32,000 nt of DNA from Cereibacter sphaeroides 2.4.1 (GTDB lineage: Bacteria > Pseudomonadota > Alphaproteobacteria > Rhodobacterales > Rhodobacteraceae), in contig NC_007494.2 of NCBI RefSeq assembly GCF_000012905.2, positions 450,001-482,000 on the forward strand, written 5' to 3'. Within the stretch, counting starts at the first letter, position 1. Each line of letters starts with the position of its first letter. Positions 1-8,210 of this stretch are shown piece by piece. A program made the position numbers and the translations under genes. The notes beneath the pieces are model-generated. The model saw nothing but the letters and a program-made list of their open reading frames with translations. It made no database searches and was not told the DNA's origin.

Positions 1-687
1 ATGGGCATCAACCTGCCGCACACGGTGCTTCAGCCGATCGAAGCCAACGTCGGCTACAAGACCGACGAGTTGACGCCTGTCAACTATTTCCACTATACGC
101 CCGACGCGATCTTCGTGCCCAAGGACAGCGAGTTCCAGACGCTCGCCGACCTTGTCGAGAATGCCAGGGCCAATCCGGGCGCGGTGACCTTCTCGGGCTC
201 CGGGTCGAACTCGTCCAACAATCTCGCGCAGGCGAAGTTCGACCAGCTCGCCGGCATCACCACGACCTACATCCCCTTCTCGGGCACCGGCCCGGCCATC
301 ACGGCGGTCCTCGGCAGCCAGACGGTGGCAGGGTTCAACTACGCGACCTCGGCGGTGAACCAGGGCGATGCGCTCCGGATGCTGGCGGTGGCGGCCGACG
401 AGCGTCTGCCCGCCTTCCCGGACGTGCCGACCTTCAAGGAGCTGGGCTACGACCTCGTGGGCGGCGCCTACCGCGGCGTGGCCGTGCCCGATGCGACGCC
501 CGAGGAGCTGCGCACACGGATTTCGGACATCGTGACCGAGATCAACCAGCGGCCCGACTTCGTGAAGAAGATGGAAGAGGGCGGTTTCGTTCTGACCGAC
601 ATCCCCTATGCGAAGATGGACGCCTTCATGGCCGAGAAGATCGCCGAATATCAGGAGGGCGCGAAAGCTCTCGGCATCGGCGGCTGA
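1..687 (+). CDS. tctC: TTT-family periplasmic substrate-binding protein (TctC/Bug family). The 5' end lies outside the window; the C-terminal 228 aa are present.
   Basis: Frame +1 is open from base 1 to the TGA at 685-687. Bug/TctC-like C-terminal motifs are present (FSGSGSNSS loop, GGAYRGVAVPDATPEEL). A TctA-type permease gene starts 10 nt downstream. Confidence 0.85.
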   Translation: MGINLPHTVLQPIEANVGYKTDELTPVNYFHYTPDAIFVPKDSEFQTLADLVENARANPGAVTFSGSGSNSSNNLAQAKFDQLAGITTTYIPFSGTGPAITAVLGSQTVAGFNYATSAVNQGDALRMLAVAADERLPAFPDVPTFKELGYDLVGGAYRGVAVPDATPEELRTRISDIVTEINQRPDFVKKMEEGGFVLTDIPYAKMDAFMAEKIAEYQEGAKALGIGG

Positions 688-696
688 GGGCGGGCG

Positions 697-2673
697 ATGG
701 ACGTTCTCGGCTACCTCATCGGCGCCCTGACGCCGTTCAACCTGATGCTGGCGCTCGTGGGCGTGGTGCTCGGCACCGTCGTGGGGGCGCTTCCGGGCCT
801 CTCCGCCACGATGGCGGTGGCCGTGCTCGTCCCCTTCACCTTCACCATGGATCCCGCCGCGGGCCTCATCGCCCTCGGCGCGATCTATACCGGCGCGATC
901 TACGGCGGAGCCTTCGCGGCGATCCTCGTCAACACGCCGGGCACCCCCTCGTCCATCGCCACCACCTTCGACGGCTATCCGATGGCGCGGCGGGGCGACG
1001 GGGGGCTGGCGATCACGCTCGCCACGCTCTCGTCGGTGGCGGGCGGCATCGTCGGCGCCATCGCCCTCCTGATCCTTGCCCCGCCGCTCGCGCGGGTGGC
1101 GCTGGCCTTCGGGCCCACGGAATATTTCTGGCTCGCCATCTTCGGCATGACGCTGATCGCGGCCCTTTCGGTGGGCAACACGCTGAAGGGGCTGATCGGT
1201 GCCTGCCTCGGCCTCTTTCTGTCCATGGTGGGAGTCGCGGTGGTGGGCGGCGATGTCCGCTACACGCTCGGGATGCAGCGGTTCCTCGGCGGGATCGACA
1301 TCACCTCGGCCATCATCGGCCTTTACTGCATCCCGGTGATCCTCGACCTCGTGGCCACAAGGGACGCGCATCTGCGCCCGGCCGAGACCCACGGGCTGCG
1401 GCTCGGCGAGGGGCTGCGCATCGCCTGGGCGCGCAAGGTGAACGTGATCCGCTCGTCGGTGATCGGCACCGTGGTGGGCATCCTGCCGGGCGCGGGCGGC
1501 TCCATCGCGGGCCTCGTCTCCTATGCCGAGGCACGCCGCTCCTCGCGCACCCCCGAGGCCTTCGGCAAGGGCGAGCCCGATGGGGTGATCGCGACCGAGG
1601 CCGCCAACAATGCCACCGTGGGCGGCGGCTTCATCCCGACGCTGGTGCTGGGCATCCCCGGCACCCCGCCCGACGCCATCATCCTCGGCGCCCTGCTCGT
1701 GCAGGGGATCAAGATCGGCCCCACGCTCTTCAGCGCCGAGGCGGGCGTGGTCTATACCTTCATCTGGGGGCTGCTGATCGCCACCGTCCTCATGCTGCCC
1801 GCGGGCCTTCTGATCGGGCGCTATGCCTACCGTACCGTGGTGGCGATCCCCAAGGCCATGCTGGCGCCCACCGTGGCGCTTCTCACGGTGATCGGCTCCT
1901 TCGCCATCCATTCCAACGTGCAGGATGCGCAGCTGATGGTGGGCCTCGGCCTCATCGCCTGGGTGCTCGCCCGCTACGGGTTCGCGCCCTCGCCCATCGT
2001 GCTGGGCCTCGTGCTGGGCCAGATCGCCGAACAGGGTTTCGTGCAGACCTATCTGATCGGCAATGCCTCGGACCGGACGCTCGAGATGTTCTTCGGGCGG
2101 CCGATCAGCATCGGCATCATTCTCGCCGCGCTGCTGACGCTCCTCTATCCCTTCGTGGCCGAACGCCGGACGCGGAAGAAGACCCCGGCCGCGGCCGCCG
2201 CGGCACCCGACGCTGCGAGAGGACGCGACACGGCGGGAATGGGGCTTGCCGCAGGGTTCGTGCTGCTCGGCATCCTGATCTTTCTCGGCGCGCGCGGCAT
2301 GTCGGCGGTGGGCTCGATCTTCCCCACGACCATCGCCGTGGGCCTGATCCTCTTCTCGCTCCTTCTGATCGGGCTGGGGCTGAGGGGCCGCACCGCATCG
2401 GCGCCGCCCCGCGAGGCGGAGAGCGCCGGCAACCGCCGCCGTCTGGCCCTCGCCCTCGTCATGGCGCTGTGGGTGGGCCTCCTGCCGGTCCTGGGCTTCA
2501 TCGTCACGAGCCTCGCGGCCTTCCTCGCCATCATGATCGTGGCCGACTACGACCGGCCCGGCCCCCGGACCTGGGCGGTCTGGATCCTCTCGGGCGTGGC
2601 CATCGTGCTCGGCTTCTGGTGGCTCATGGCCCACGTCCTGCTGCTGCGGATGCCTTCCGGCATCCTGTTCTGA
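697..2673 (+). CDS. tctA: TTT large permease TctA fused at its C-terminus to a TctB-like four-helix small subunit (658 aa)
   Basis: Single uninterrupted ORF. The first ~495 aa are colinear with the stand-alone TctA at 25079-26575 (e.g. GALPGLSATMAVAVLVPFTF vs GALPGLTATMGVALLIPLTF). An Ala-rich linker (KKTPAAAAAAPDAARGRD) follows, then ~145 aa with four hydrophobic segments resembling the stand-alone TctB at 27625-28065. Confidence 0.85.
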   Translation: MDVLGYLIGALTPFNLMLALVGVVLGTVVGALPGLSATMAVAVLVPFTFTMDPAAGLIALGAIYTGAIYGGAFAAILVNTPGTPSSIATTFDGYPMARRGDGGLAITLATLSSVAGGIVGAIALLILAPPLARVALAFGPTEYFWLAIFGMTLIAALSVGNTLKGLIGACLGLFLSMVGVAVVGGDVRYTLGMQRFLGGIDITSAIIGLYCIPVILDLVATRDAHLRPAETHGLRLGEGLRIAWARKVNVIRSSVIGTVVGILPGAGGSIAGLVSYAEARRSSRTPEAFGKGEPDGVIATEAANNATVGGGFIPTLVLGIPGTPPDAIILGALLVQGIKIGPTLFSAEAGVVYTFIWGLLIATVLMLPAGLLIGRYAYRTVVAIPKAMLAPTVALLTVIGSFAIHSNVQDAQLMVGLGLIAWVLARYGFAPSPIVLGLVLGQIAEQGFVQTYLIGNASDRTLEMFFGRPISIGIILAALLTLLYPFVAERRTRKKTPAAAAAAPDAARGRDTAGMGLAAGFVLLGILIFLGARGMSAVGSIFPTTIAVGLILFSLLLIGLGLRGRTASAPPREAESAGNRRRLALALVMALWVGLLPVLGFIVTSLAAFLAIMIVADYDRPGPRTWAVWILSGVAIVLGFWWLMAHVLLLRMPSGILF

Positions 2674-2687
2674 ACCGGAGACTTGAT

Positions 2688-3770
2688 ATGGACATACGCA
2701 CCCACAGGATCGCCGCCATTCCCGGCGACGGGATCGGGATCGAGGTGGTCGCGGCGGGGCTCGAGGTGCTCGAGGCGCTGGCCGACCGCGACGGCGGCTT
2801 CCGCTTCGACGTGGAGAGCTTCGACTGGGGAACCGACCGCTACCGGCGCACCGGCGCCTTCATGCCCGAGGACGGGGCCGACCGGCTGCGCGGCTTCGAC
2901 GCGATCCTGTTCGGCGCGGTGGGCGCGCCCGACGTGGCCGACCATCTGACGCTCTGGGGGCTGCGCCTCGCCATCTGCCAGCCGCTCGACCAATATGCCA
3001 ATGTGCGGCCGACCCGGATGCTGCCCGGCATCCGCAGCCCGCTCCGCCATGTCGGGGAGAGCGAGCTCGACTGGGTGATCGTGCGCGAGAATTCCGAGGG
3101 CGAATATGCCGGGCAAGGCGGGCGCTCGCACCCCGGCCTGCCGCTGGAGGTGGCCACGGATGTGTCGATCTTCACCCGCGCCGGGGTCGAGCGAATCATG
3201 CGCTTCGCCTTCCGCCTTGCGCAGTCGCGGCCGCGCAAGCTCCTGACCGTGGTGACCAAATCCAACGCGCAGCGGCACGGCATGGTGCTCTGGGACCAGA
3301 TCGCGGGCGAGGTCGCGCGCGAGTTCCCGGACGTGCGCTGGGACAAGATGCTGGTCGATGCCATGACGGTGCGCATGGTGCAGAAGCCCGCATCGCTCGA
3401 CACGATCGTCGCCACGAACCTTCATGCGGACATCCTGTCGGATCTCGCCGCGGCACTGGCGGGCTCCATCGGCGTGGCGCCCACCGCCAACCTCAACCCC
3501 GAGCGCGACACGCCCTCGATGTTCGAGCCGATCCACGGCTCGGCCTTCGACATCACCGGGCGGGGCATCGCGAACCCGGTGGCCACCTTCTGGACCGCCG
3601 CCATGATGCTCGAGCATCTGGGGGAGGCCGAGGCCGCGGGGCGGCTGATGACCGCCGTGGGCCGGGTGACGGCGGACGAGGATCTCCATACGCCCGACCT
3701 CGGCGGTCGGGCCACCACGCGGCAGGTGACGGATGCCCTGATCGCGGCCCTGCGCGGCCGCAACGCCTGA
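2688..3770 (+). CDS. Tartrate dehydrogenase/decarboxylase-like enzyme of the isocitrate/isopropylmalate dehydrogenase superfamily (paralog 1, 360 aa)
   Basis: I chose the ATG at 2688 (MDIRTHRIAAIPGDGIGIEVV) rather than the ORF-track start at 2469, which overlaps tctA. Family motifs: IPGDGIG, VRENSEGEY, TKSNA, NLHADILSDLAAAL, EPIHGSAFDI. Confidence 0.85.
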   Translation: MDIRTHRIAAIPGDGIGIEVVAAGLEVLEALADRDGGFRFDVESFDWGTDRYRRTGAFMPEDGADRLRGFDAILFGAVGAPDVADHLTLWGLRLAICQPLDQYANVRPTRMLPGIRSPLRHVGESELDWVIVRENSEGEYAGQGGRSHPGLPLEVATDVSIFTRAGVERIMRFAFRLAQSRPRKLLTVVTKSNAQRHGMVLWDQIAGEVAREFPDVRWDKMLVDAMTVRMVQKPASLDTIVATNLHADILSDLAAALAGSIGVAPTANLNPERDTPSMFEPIHGSAFDITGRGIANPVATFWTAAMMLEHLGEAEAAGRLMTAVGRVTADEDLHTPDLGGRATTRQVTDALIAALRGRNA

Positions 3771-3780
3771 GGAGCACGAC

Positions 3781-4854
3781 ATGGCAGACAATCACCTGAA
3801 GATCGCGGTCATCGCCGGCGACGGCATCGGCAAGGAAGTGGTGCCGGAAGGGCTGCGGGTGCTCGAAGCGGTGGCCGGGCGCCACCGGATCGACCTGCGC
3901 TTCGAGGAGTTCGACTTCGCCTCCTGCGACTACTACGCGCGGCACGGCCAGATGATGCCCGAGGACTGGCAGGAGCGTATCGGAGGGCACGACGCCCTGT
4001 TCTTCGGCGCGGTGGGCTGGCCTGCGACGGTGCCCGATCACGTCTCGCTCTGGGGCTCGCTGATCCAGTTCCGCCGGCAGTTCGACCAGTATGTGAACCT
4101 GCGCCCGGCCCGGCTGATGCCGGGCGTGCCCTCGCCGCTGGCCGGGCGCGGGCCGGGCGACATCGACATGTGGATCGTGCGCGAGAATACGGAGGGCGAA
4201 TATTCCGCGATCGGCGGCAGGATGTATCCCGGCACCGAGCGCGAGATCGTGCTGCAGGAGACGGTGATGAGCCGTCACGGCATCGACCGTGTGCTGCGCT
4301 ATGCCTTCGAGCTGGCGAACCGGCGCGAGCGGCGCAGGCTGACCTCGGCCACCAAGTCGAACGGAATCTCGATCACCATGCCCTACTGGGACGAGCGGGT
4401 GGAGGCGATGGCGCAGGACTACCCGGATGTCGCCTGGGACAAGTATCACATCGACATTCTGGCCGCGCATTTCGTGCTGAACCCGGACCGGTTCGACGTG
4501 GTCGTGGCCTCGAACCTCTTCGGCGACATCCTGTCCGACCTCGGGCCCGCCTGCACCGGCACCATCGGCATCGCGCCCTCGGGCAACATCAACCCCGAGC
4601 GCGCCTTTCCCTCGCTGTTCGAGCCGGTCCACGGCTCGGCGCCCGACATCGCGGGACAGGGCATCGCCAATCCGGTGGGGCAGATCTGGGCCGGGGCGAT
4701 GATGCTTGACCACCTCGGCCATGGCGAGGCCGCGGCCGAGATCATGGCGGCCATCGAGCGCGTCCTCGCCGATCCGCGGTTGCGGACGCGGGACCTCGCC
4801 GGCGCGGCCGACACCGTCACCTGCGGCAAGGCCATCGTCGAGGCGCTGGGTTGA
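3781..4854 (+). CDS. dmlA: D-malate/tartrate dehydrogenase (decarboxylating), DmlA/TtuC-like (paralog 2, 357 aa)
   Basis: MADNHLKIAVIAGDGIGKEVVPEG, VRENTEGEYS, SATKSNGISITMPYWDERVEAMA, DRFDVVVASNLFGDILSDLGPACTGTIGIAPS and EPVHGSAPDI closely match my recollection of enterobacterial DmlA. It starts 10 nt after paralog 1. Confidence 0.8.
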   Translation: MADNHLKIAVIAGDGIGKEVVPEGLRVLEAVAGRHRIDLRFEEFDFASCDYYARHGQMMPEDWQERIGGHDALFFGAVGWPATVPDHVSLWGSLIQFRRQFDQYVNLRPARLMPGVPSPLAGRGPGDIDMWIVRENTEGEYSAIGGRMYPGTEREIVLQETVMSRHGIDRVLRYAFELANRRERRRLTSATKSNGISITMPYWDERVEAMAQDYPDVAWDKYHIDILAAHFVLNPDRFDVVVASNLFGDILSDLGPACTGTIGIAPSGNINPERAFPSLFEPVHGSAPDIAGQGIANPVGQIWAGAMMLDHLGHGEAAAEIMAAIERVLADPRLRTRDLAGAADTVTCGKAIVEALG

Positions 4855-5027
4855 GGCGGTGCGGGCGGCAGGTCTTCGGGACGGGATCGATCCGCGCTCG
4901 CGGACGGGTCACGCCCTGCCGGTTCTGAAGTGAAAGTCTTTTTTCGCCGGGCATCTGTCCGGCGGCTGGGGCTGGCCGGGGGGTGCCATCGGCGCCCCTC
5001 GGGGAGGCCTGAGGCGCGCGAAAGGCG

Positions 5028-5810
5028 TCAGCCGCTGTGCGGCAGGTCCTCGAGACAGTGGAAGCGCAGGAACGTCGCCGCGTCGGCCGGATCCCGCAGG
5101 CGCGTGGCGCCGACGCGGAAGATCTGCGCCAGCCGCTCGGGCGTGAGAACCTCGTGCGGCGGACCCAGCGCCGCGAGCCGCCCCCCGGCCATCACCCCGA
5201 TCCGGTCGCAGGCCATCGCCTGATTGAGATCGTGCAGCGCCATCACCACCGTCACCGGCAGCCGGCTCACCAGCCGGAGGAGCGAGAGCTGGTGGTGGAT
5301 GTCGAGATGGTTCGTGGGCTCGTCGAGCAGCAGGATCCGCGGCCGCTGCGCAAGCGCACGGGCGATGTGGAGCCGCTGGCGCTCGCCGCCCGAGAGCGTC
5401 GACCAGCGCGCCCCGGCCATCCGGGCCATGCCCACCGCCGCCAGCGCCTCGTCGACGATGGCGCGGTCGGCCGGACCGAAAGGGGCAAGCGCCGACAGCC
5501 AGGGCGTGCGGCCGAGCTCGACCGCGTCGCGGGCGGTGAGCGCCTCGCCCGTCTCGGCCTGCTGCTCGACCAGCGCCACCCGGCGCGCGGTCTCGCGCCG
5601 CCCGAGGCTCGTCAGCGGCGCGCCGTCGAGCCGCACCTCGCCCTCGGCCCGCGGCAGAAGGCCCGCCATCAGCCGCAGGAGCGTGGACTTGCCCGAGCCG
5701 TTCGGCCCGATCAGCCCGAAGGTCTCGCCCTCCGCCACCTCGAGCGTCACATCCGCGACGATGGCGCGCCCGCCGGCCCGCCAGCCTGCCTCAAAGACCG
5801 AGATCCTCAT
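5028..5810 (-). CDS. ABC transporter ATP-binding protein, FecE/FhuC/BtuD type (260 aa)
   Basis: The start is the ATG at 5810 (MRISVFEAGW...), overlapping the upstream stop as ATGA. Walker A GPNGSGKST, signature LSGGERQRL, Walker B LLLDEPTNHLD. The longer ORF-track version (to 6917) is an in-frame read-through of the neighbouring genes. Confidence 0.9.
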   Translation of the reverse strand: MRISVFEAGWRAGGRAIVADVTLEVAEGETFGLIGPNGSGKSTLLRLMAGLLPRAEGEVRLDGAPLTSLGRRETARRVALVEQQAETGEALTARDAVELGRTPWLSALAPFGPADRAIVDEALAAVGMARMAGARWSTLSGGERQRLHIARALAQRPRILLLDEPTNHLDIHHQLSLLRLVSRLPVTVVMALHDLNQAMACDRIGVMAGGRLAALGPPHEVLTPERLAQIFRVGATRLRDPADAATFLRFHCLEDLPHSG

Positions 5811-6841
5811 GGCCGCCGCCGGTTGCGGATGAGGATGAGGGCGAAGCCCGGGGCGCCCACGAGGGCCGTGACGACGCCGATGGGCACCACCTGCCCCGCG
5901 ATCAGCACCCGCGAGACCACATCGGCCGCGATGAGGAAGATGGCGCCCGCCAGCGCCGCCCAAGGCACGAGCGCGCCGTGGCGCGGCCCGGCCACGAGCC
6001 GCACGGCATGGGGCACGACGAGGCCCACGAAGCCGATGGAGCCGACGAGGCTCACCATCACCGCCGTCATCAGCGTGGTGATGCCGATCAGCACCGCCTG
6101 CACCCGGCGCACGGGCACGCCCAGGGCCTTCGCCGACTGGGTGCCGAAGGAGAAGGCATCCATCGCGCGGATATGCCAGAGGCAGAGGAGAAGCCCCGCC
6201 AGCGCGGCCGGCAGGGCGAGCGTCACGTCGGGCCAGCGCACGCCCGAGAGATTTCCCAGCAGCCAGAACATGATGCCGCGCGCCTGTTCGGCACTGGCCG
6301 AGCGGGCGATGAAGAACGAGGTGAGCGCGTTGAAGAGCTGCGAGCCCGCGATCCCCGCCAGCACGAGCGTGGCCGATCCCCCGCCCGCCGCGCGCGCCAG
6401 AAGCGCCACCAGCGCGAAGGCGAGGAGGGCTCCGCCGAAGGCGCCGGCCGAAAGCCCGACGAGCCCGCCCCCGACGCCGAGGATCGCGACCGCGACCGCC
6501 CCCGTCGAGGCGCCGGCCGAGACGCCGAGCAGATAGGGATCGGCCAGCGCATTCCGCACCAGCGACTGCAGCACCACTCCCGAGAGCGCGAGTCCCGCCC
6601 CGCAGGCCGCCGCGACCAGCGTCCGCGGCAGCCGGTAGTTCCAGACGATGCCCGCCTCGATCGGATCGACGGCGAGCCCCGCGCCCCAGATCCGGTTGGC
6701 GAAGGTCGCGGCCACCGTGGGCAGGGGCAGCGGCGTCTCGCCGATCACCACGCCGGCCAGGATCGCAAGCCCGAGCGCGGCAGCCCCCAGAAGCCCCAGC
6801 CAGAGGGCGGGCCGGGGACCGAAGGTTGCCGCGACCGTCAT
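5807..6841 (-). CDS. FecCD-family ABC permease, BtuC-like (344 aa)
   Basis: The start is the ATG at 6841 (MTVAATFGPRPALWLGLLG...), in an ATGA overlap with the upstream binding-protein gene. The protein is multi-pass hydrophobic with FecCD-like motifs (YRLPRTLVAAACGAGLALSGVVLQ, GSIGFVGLVVPH, VPIGVVTALVGAPGF). Confidence 0.9.
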   Translation of the reverse strand: MTVAATFGPRPALWLGLLGAAALGLAILAGVVIGETPLPLPTVAATFANRIWGAGLAVDPIEAGIVWNYRLPRTLVAAACGAGLALSGVVLQSLVRNALADPYLLGVSAGASTGAVAVAILGVGGGLVGLSAGAFGGALLAFALVALLARAAGGGSATLVLAGIAGSQLFNALTSFFIARSASAEQARGIMFWLLGNLSGVRWPDVTLALPAALAGLLLCLWHIRAMDAFSFGTQSAKALGVPVRRVQAVLIGITTLMTAVMVSLVGSIGFVGLVVPHAVRLVAGPRHGALVPWAALAGAIFLIAADVVSRVLIAGQVVPIGVVTALVGAPGFALILIRNRRRP

Positions 6842-7842
6842 TCGAGCCCCAGCGCGGGCAGCGCGTCGGCCAGCGTCTCGAGCGCATCCACATTGCGGAT
6901 CGAGGGATCCATGGCATGGGCGTCCAGCACGACGATGCGACCGGCCCTGACGGCCTCCATCTCGCGCGTCACCGGGTCGGACTTGAGGAAGTCGAGCTTC
7001 TTCTCGACATCGTCCGCCGGAAAGCGCCGCCGCTCCATCCGGGCCAGCACGATCACGGAAGGGTTGGCGCGCGCGATGCTCTCCCAGCTCACGGTCGGCC
7101 ATTCCTCGTCGCTCTCGACCACGTTGCGCAGGCCGAGGGCGGCCATCATGTAGCCGGGCGGGCCCTTGCGGCCCGCGACGAACGGATCGGCGTTCATCTC
7201 GGACGAGGAGAACCAGAAGACCGCCGAGGCATCCTTCAGGCCGAGCGCCCGCGCCTTCCCGACGGCGGCCGCCTCGCGCGCCCGAAGCCCGGCCACGAGT
7301 TCCTCGGCGCGCGGGCCCACGTCGAAGATCGCGCCCAGCTCGCGGATGCCGGCAAGGACGCTCTCCATCTCGAACATGGCCGTTCGGGTGCCGTCCGAGC
7401 CCCGGCTGTTGTCCTTCTGCCAGCAGTCGGCGGGCAGGATGTAGGTGGGGATGCCCAGATCGGCGAACTGCTCGCGGGTGCCGACGAGGCCCTGCGGGCC
7501 GATGTGCCATTCATATTGCACGGCCACGAGGCCCGGCTTCCGCGCCACGACGGATTCGAAGCTCGGGTCGTTGTCGGCCAGCCGCGGGATCGCCGCATTG
7601 GCCTCGGCATAGGCAGGCAGGACGCTCGTGAACCAGACCGAGGTGCCGGTGACCTTCGGGGCGAGCCCGAGGGCATAGAGGACCTCGGTGGCGGCCTGCC
7701 CCACCGTGACCGCGCTGTCGGGCGCCCGGTCGAAGGTGAGGGTGCGCCCGCAGTTGTCGAGCGTCAGCGGATAGCCGGTTTCGGCCGCGGCGGACTGGGC
7801 CAGCACGAGAAGGGCCGCAGCGGTCAGGAAGCGGGGGAACAT
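6838..7842 (-). CDS. Periplasmic binding protein of the iron-siderophore/cobalamin class (334 aa), with a signal peptide
   Basis: The start is the ATG at 7842 (MFPRFLTAAALLVLAQSAAAE). GGAGA lies 6 nt upstream. It is the first gene downstream of the cobalamin riboswitch and is translationally coupled to the FecCD permease. Confidence 0.8.
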   Translation of the reverse strand: MFPRFLTAAALLVLAQSAAAETGYPLTLDNCGRTLTFDRAPDSAVTVGQAATEVLYALGLAPKVTGTSVWFTSVLPAYAEANAAIPRLADNDPSFESVVARKPGLVAVQYEWHIGPQGLVGTREQFADLGIPTYILPADCWQKDNSRGSDGTRTAMFEMESVLAGIRELGAIFDVGPRAEELVAGLRAREAAAVGKARALGLKDASAVFWFSSSEMNADPFVAGRKGPPGYMMAALGLRNVVESDEEWPTVSWESIARANPSVIVLARMERRRFPADDVEKKLDFLKSDPVTREMEAVRAGRIVVLDAHAMDPSIRNVDALETLADALPALGLE

Positions 7843-8019
7843 GCGATGTCTCCGATTGGGGGGGCAGCCGAAGACAGGACGGGAGAGGCGAGGCCCGTGG
7901 CGGACCCGCAGGCTGCCCCGTCGGGGCAGGCGCGCGTGCTGGCTGGAGCGGGAGCCGCTGGGCACCCTCGGGCAGACGTCATGGATACCTCCCCCGGACA
8001 CCCCGCCCGGGCCGCGTTG
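7843..8019 (-). promoter_or_regulatory. Putative expression platform of the cobalamin riboswitch (alternative pairings and an anti-SD element)
   Basis: On the minus-strand RNA, CUGCCCC (7929-7923), GGGGCAGCC (7919-7911) and GGCUGCCCC (7869-7861) allow two mutually exclusive helices. UCUCC (7886-7882) is complementary to the SD GGAGA (7853-7849). Confidence 0.4.
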
Positions 8020-8210
8020 AGATCGAACGCCGGCAGGTCTCCTGACTGGCGGGTCACAGGGCTGGCGCGGCCTTCCCATGGCTTGAGGCCACAGTGGCTT
8101 TGATCGCGAGCTCCTCGCCGCCTACAGTTGCGGGGGCAGTTCCGGTTCGCCGGACAGGTCCGGCGGCGGATTCCCTTTCAATTCCTTACGGAAACCGACG
8201 AGGATTGAGT
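8020..8210 (-). ncRNA. Cobalamin (B12) riboswitch aptamer
   Basis: The minus strand reads ...CGUCGG..AAAGGGAAUCCG..GGCGAACCGGAACUGCCCCCGCAACUGUAGG..GCCACUGUGGCC..GGGAAGGCC..GCCAGUCAGGAGACCUGCCGGCG. It has the conserved GGGAA, GCCCCCGCAACUGU, GCCACUG/GGGAAGGC and B12-box (AGUCAGGAGACCUGCC, plus coords ~8031-8050) elements. A P1-like pairing joins CGUCGG (8200-8195) to CCGGCG (8033-8028). Confidence 0.85.

Noticed and set aside
4884-4893. A perfect 10-bp palindrome GGATCGATCC in the 4855-5027 intergenic region
   Set aside because: It is short, isolated and not repeated elsewhere in the window. It could be a restriction/methylation-type site by chance, and there is nothing to tie it to a function.
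4939-4964. A T6 run followed by a 6-bp hairpin (CGCCGG…CCGGCG) in the convergent gap between the dehydrogenase paralog 2 and the ABC ATPase
   Set aside because: The geometry is wrong for an intrinsic terminator on either strand. The U-run precedes the stem on the plus transcript, and an A-run follows it on the minus transcript. The stem is also short.
5028-8079. Very long versions of the ABC genes in the ORF track (5028-6917, 5807-7510, 6838-8079). The same pattern occurs at 12889-14733, 26636-27937 and 29519-31405.
   Set aside because: The upstream parts are in-frame read-through into neighbouring genes or the leader. Internal ATGs with ATGA stop/start overlaps or good SD sequences give proteins of the canonical length that begin with the expected N-termini (signal peptides, Walker A context). 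I therefore used the shorter coordinates.
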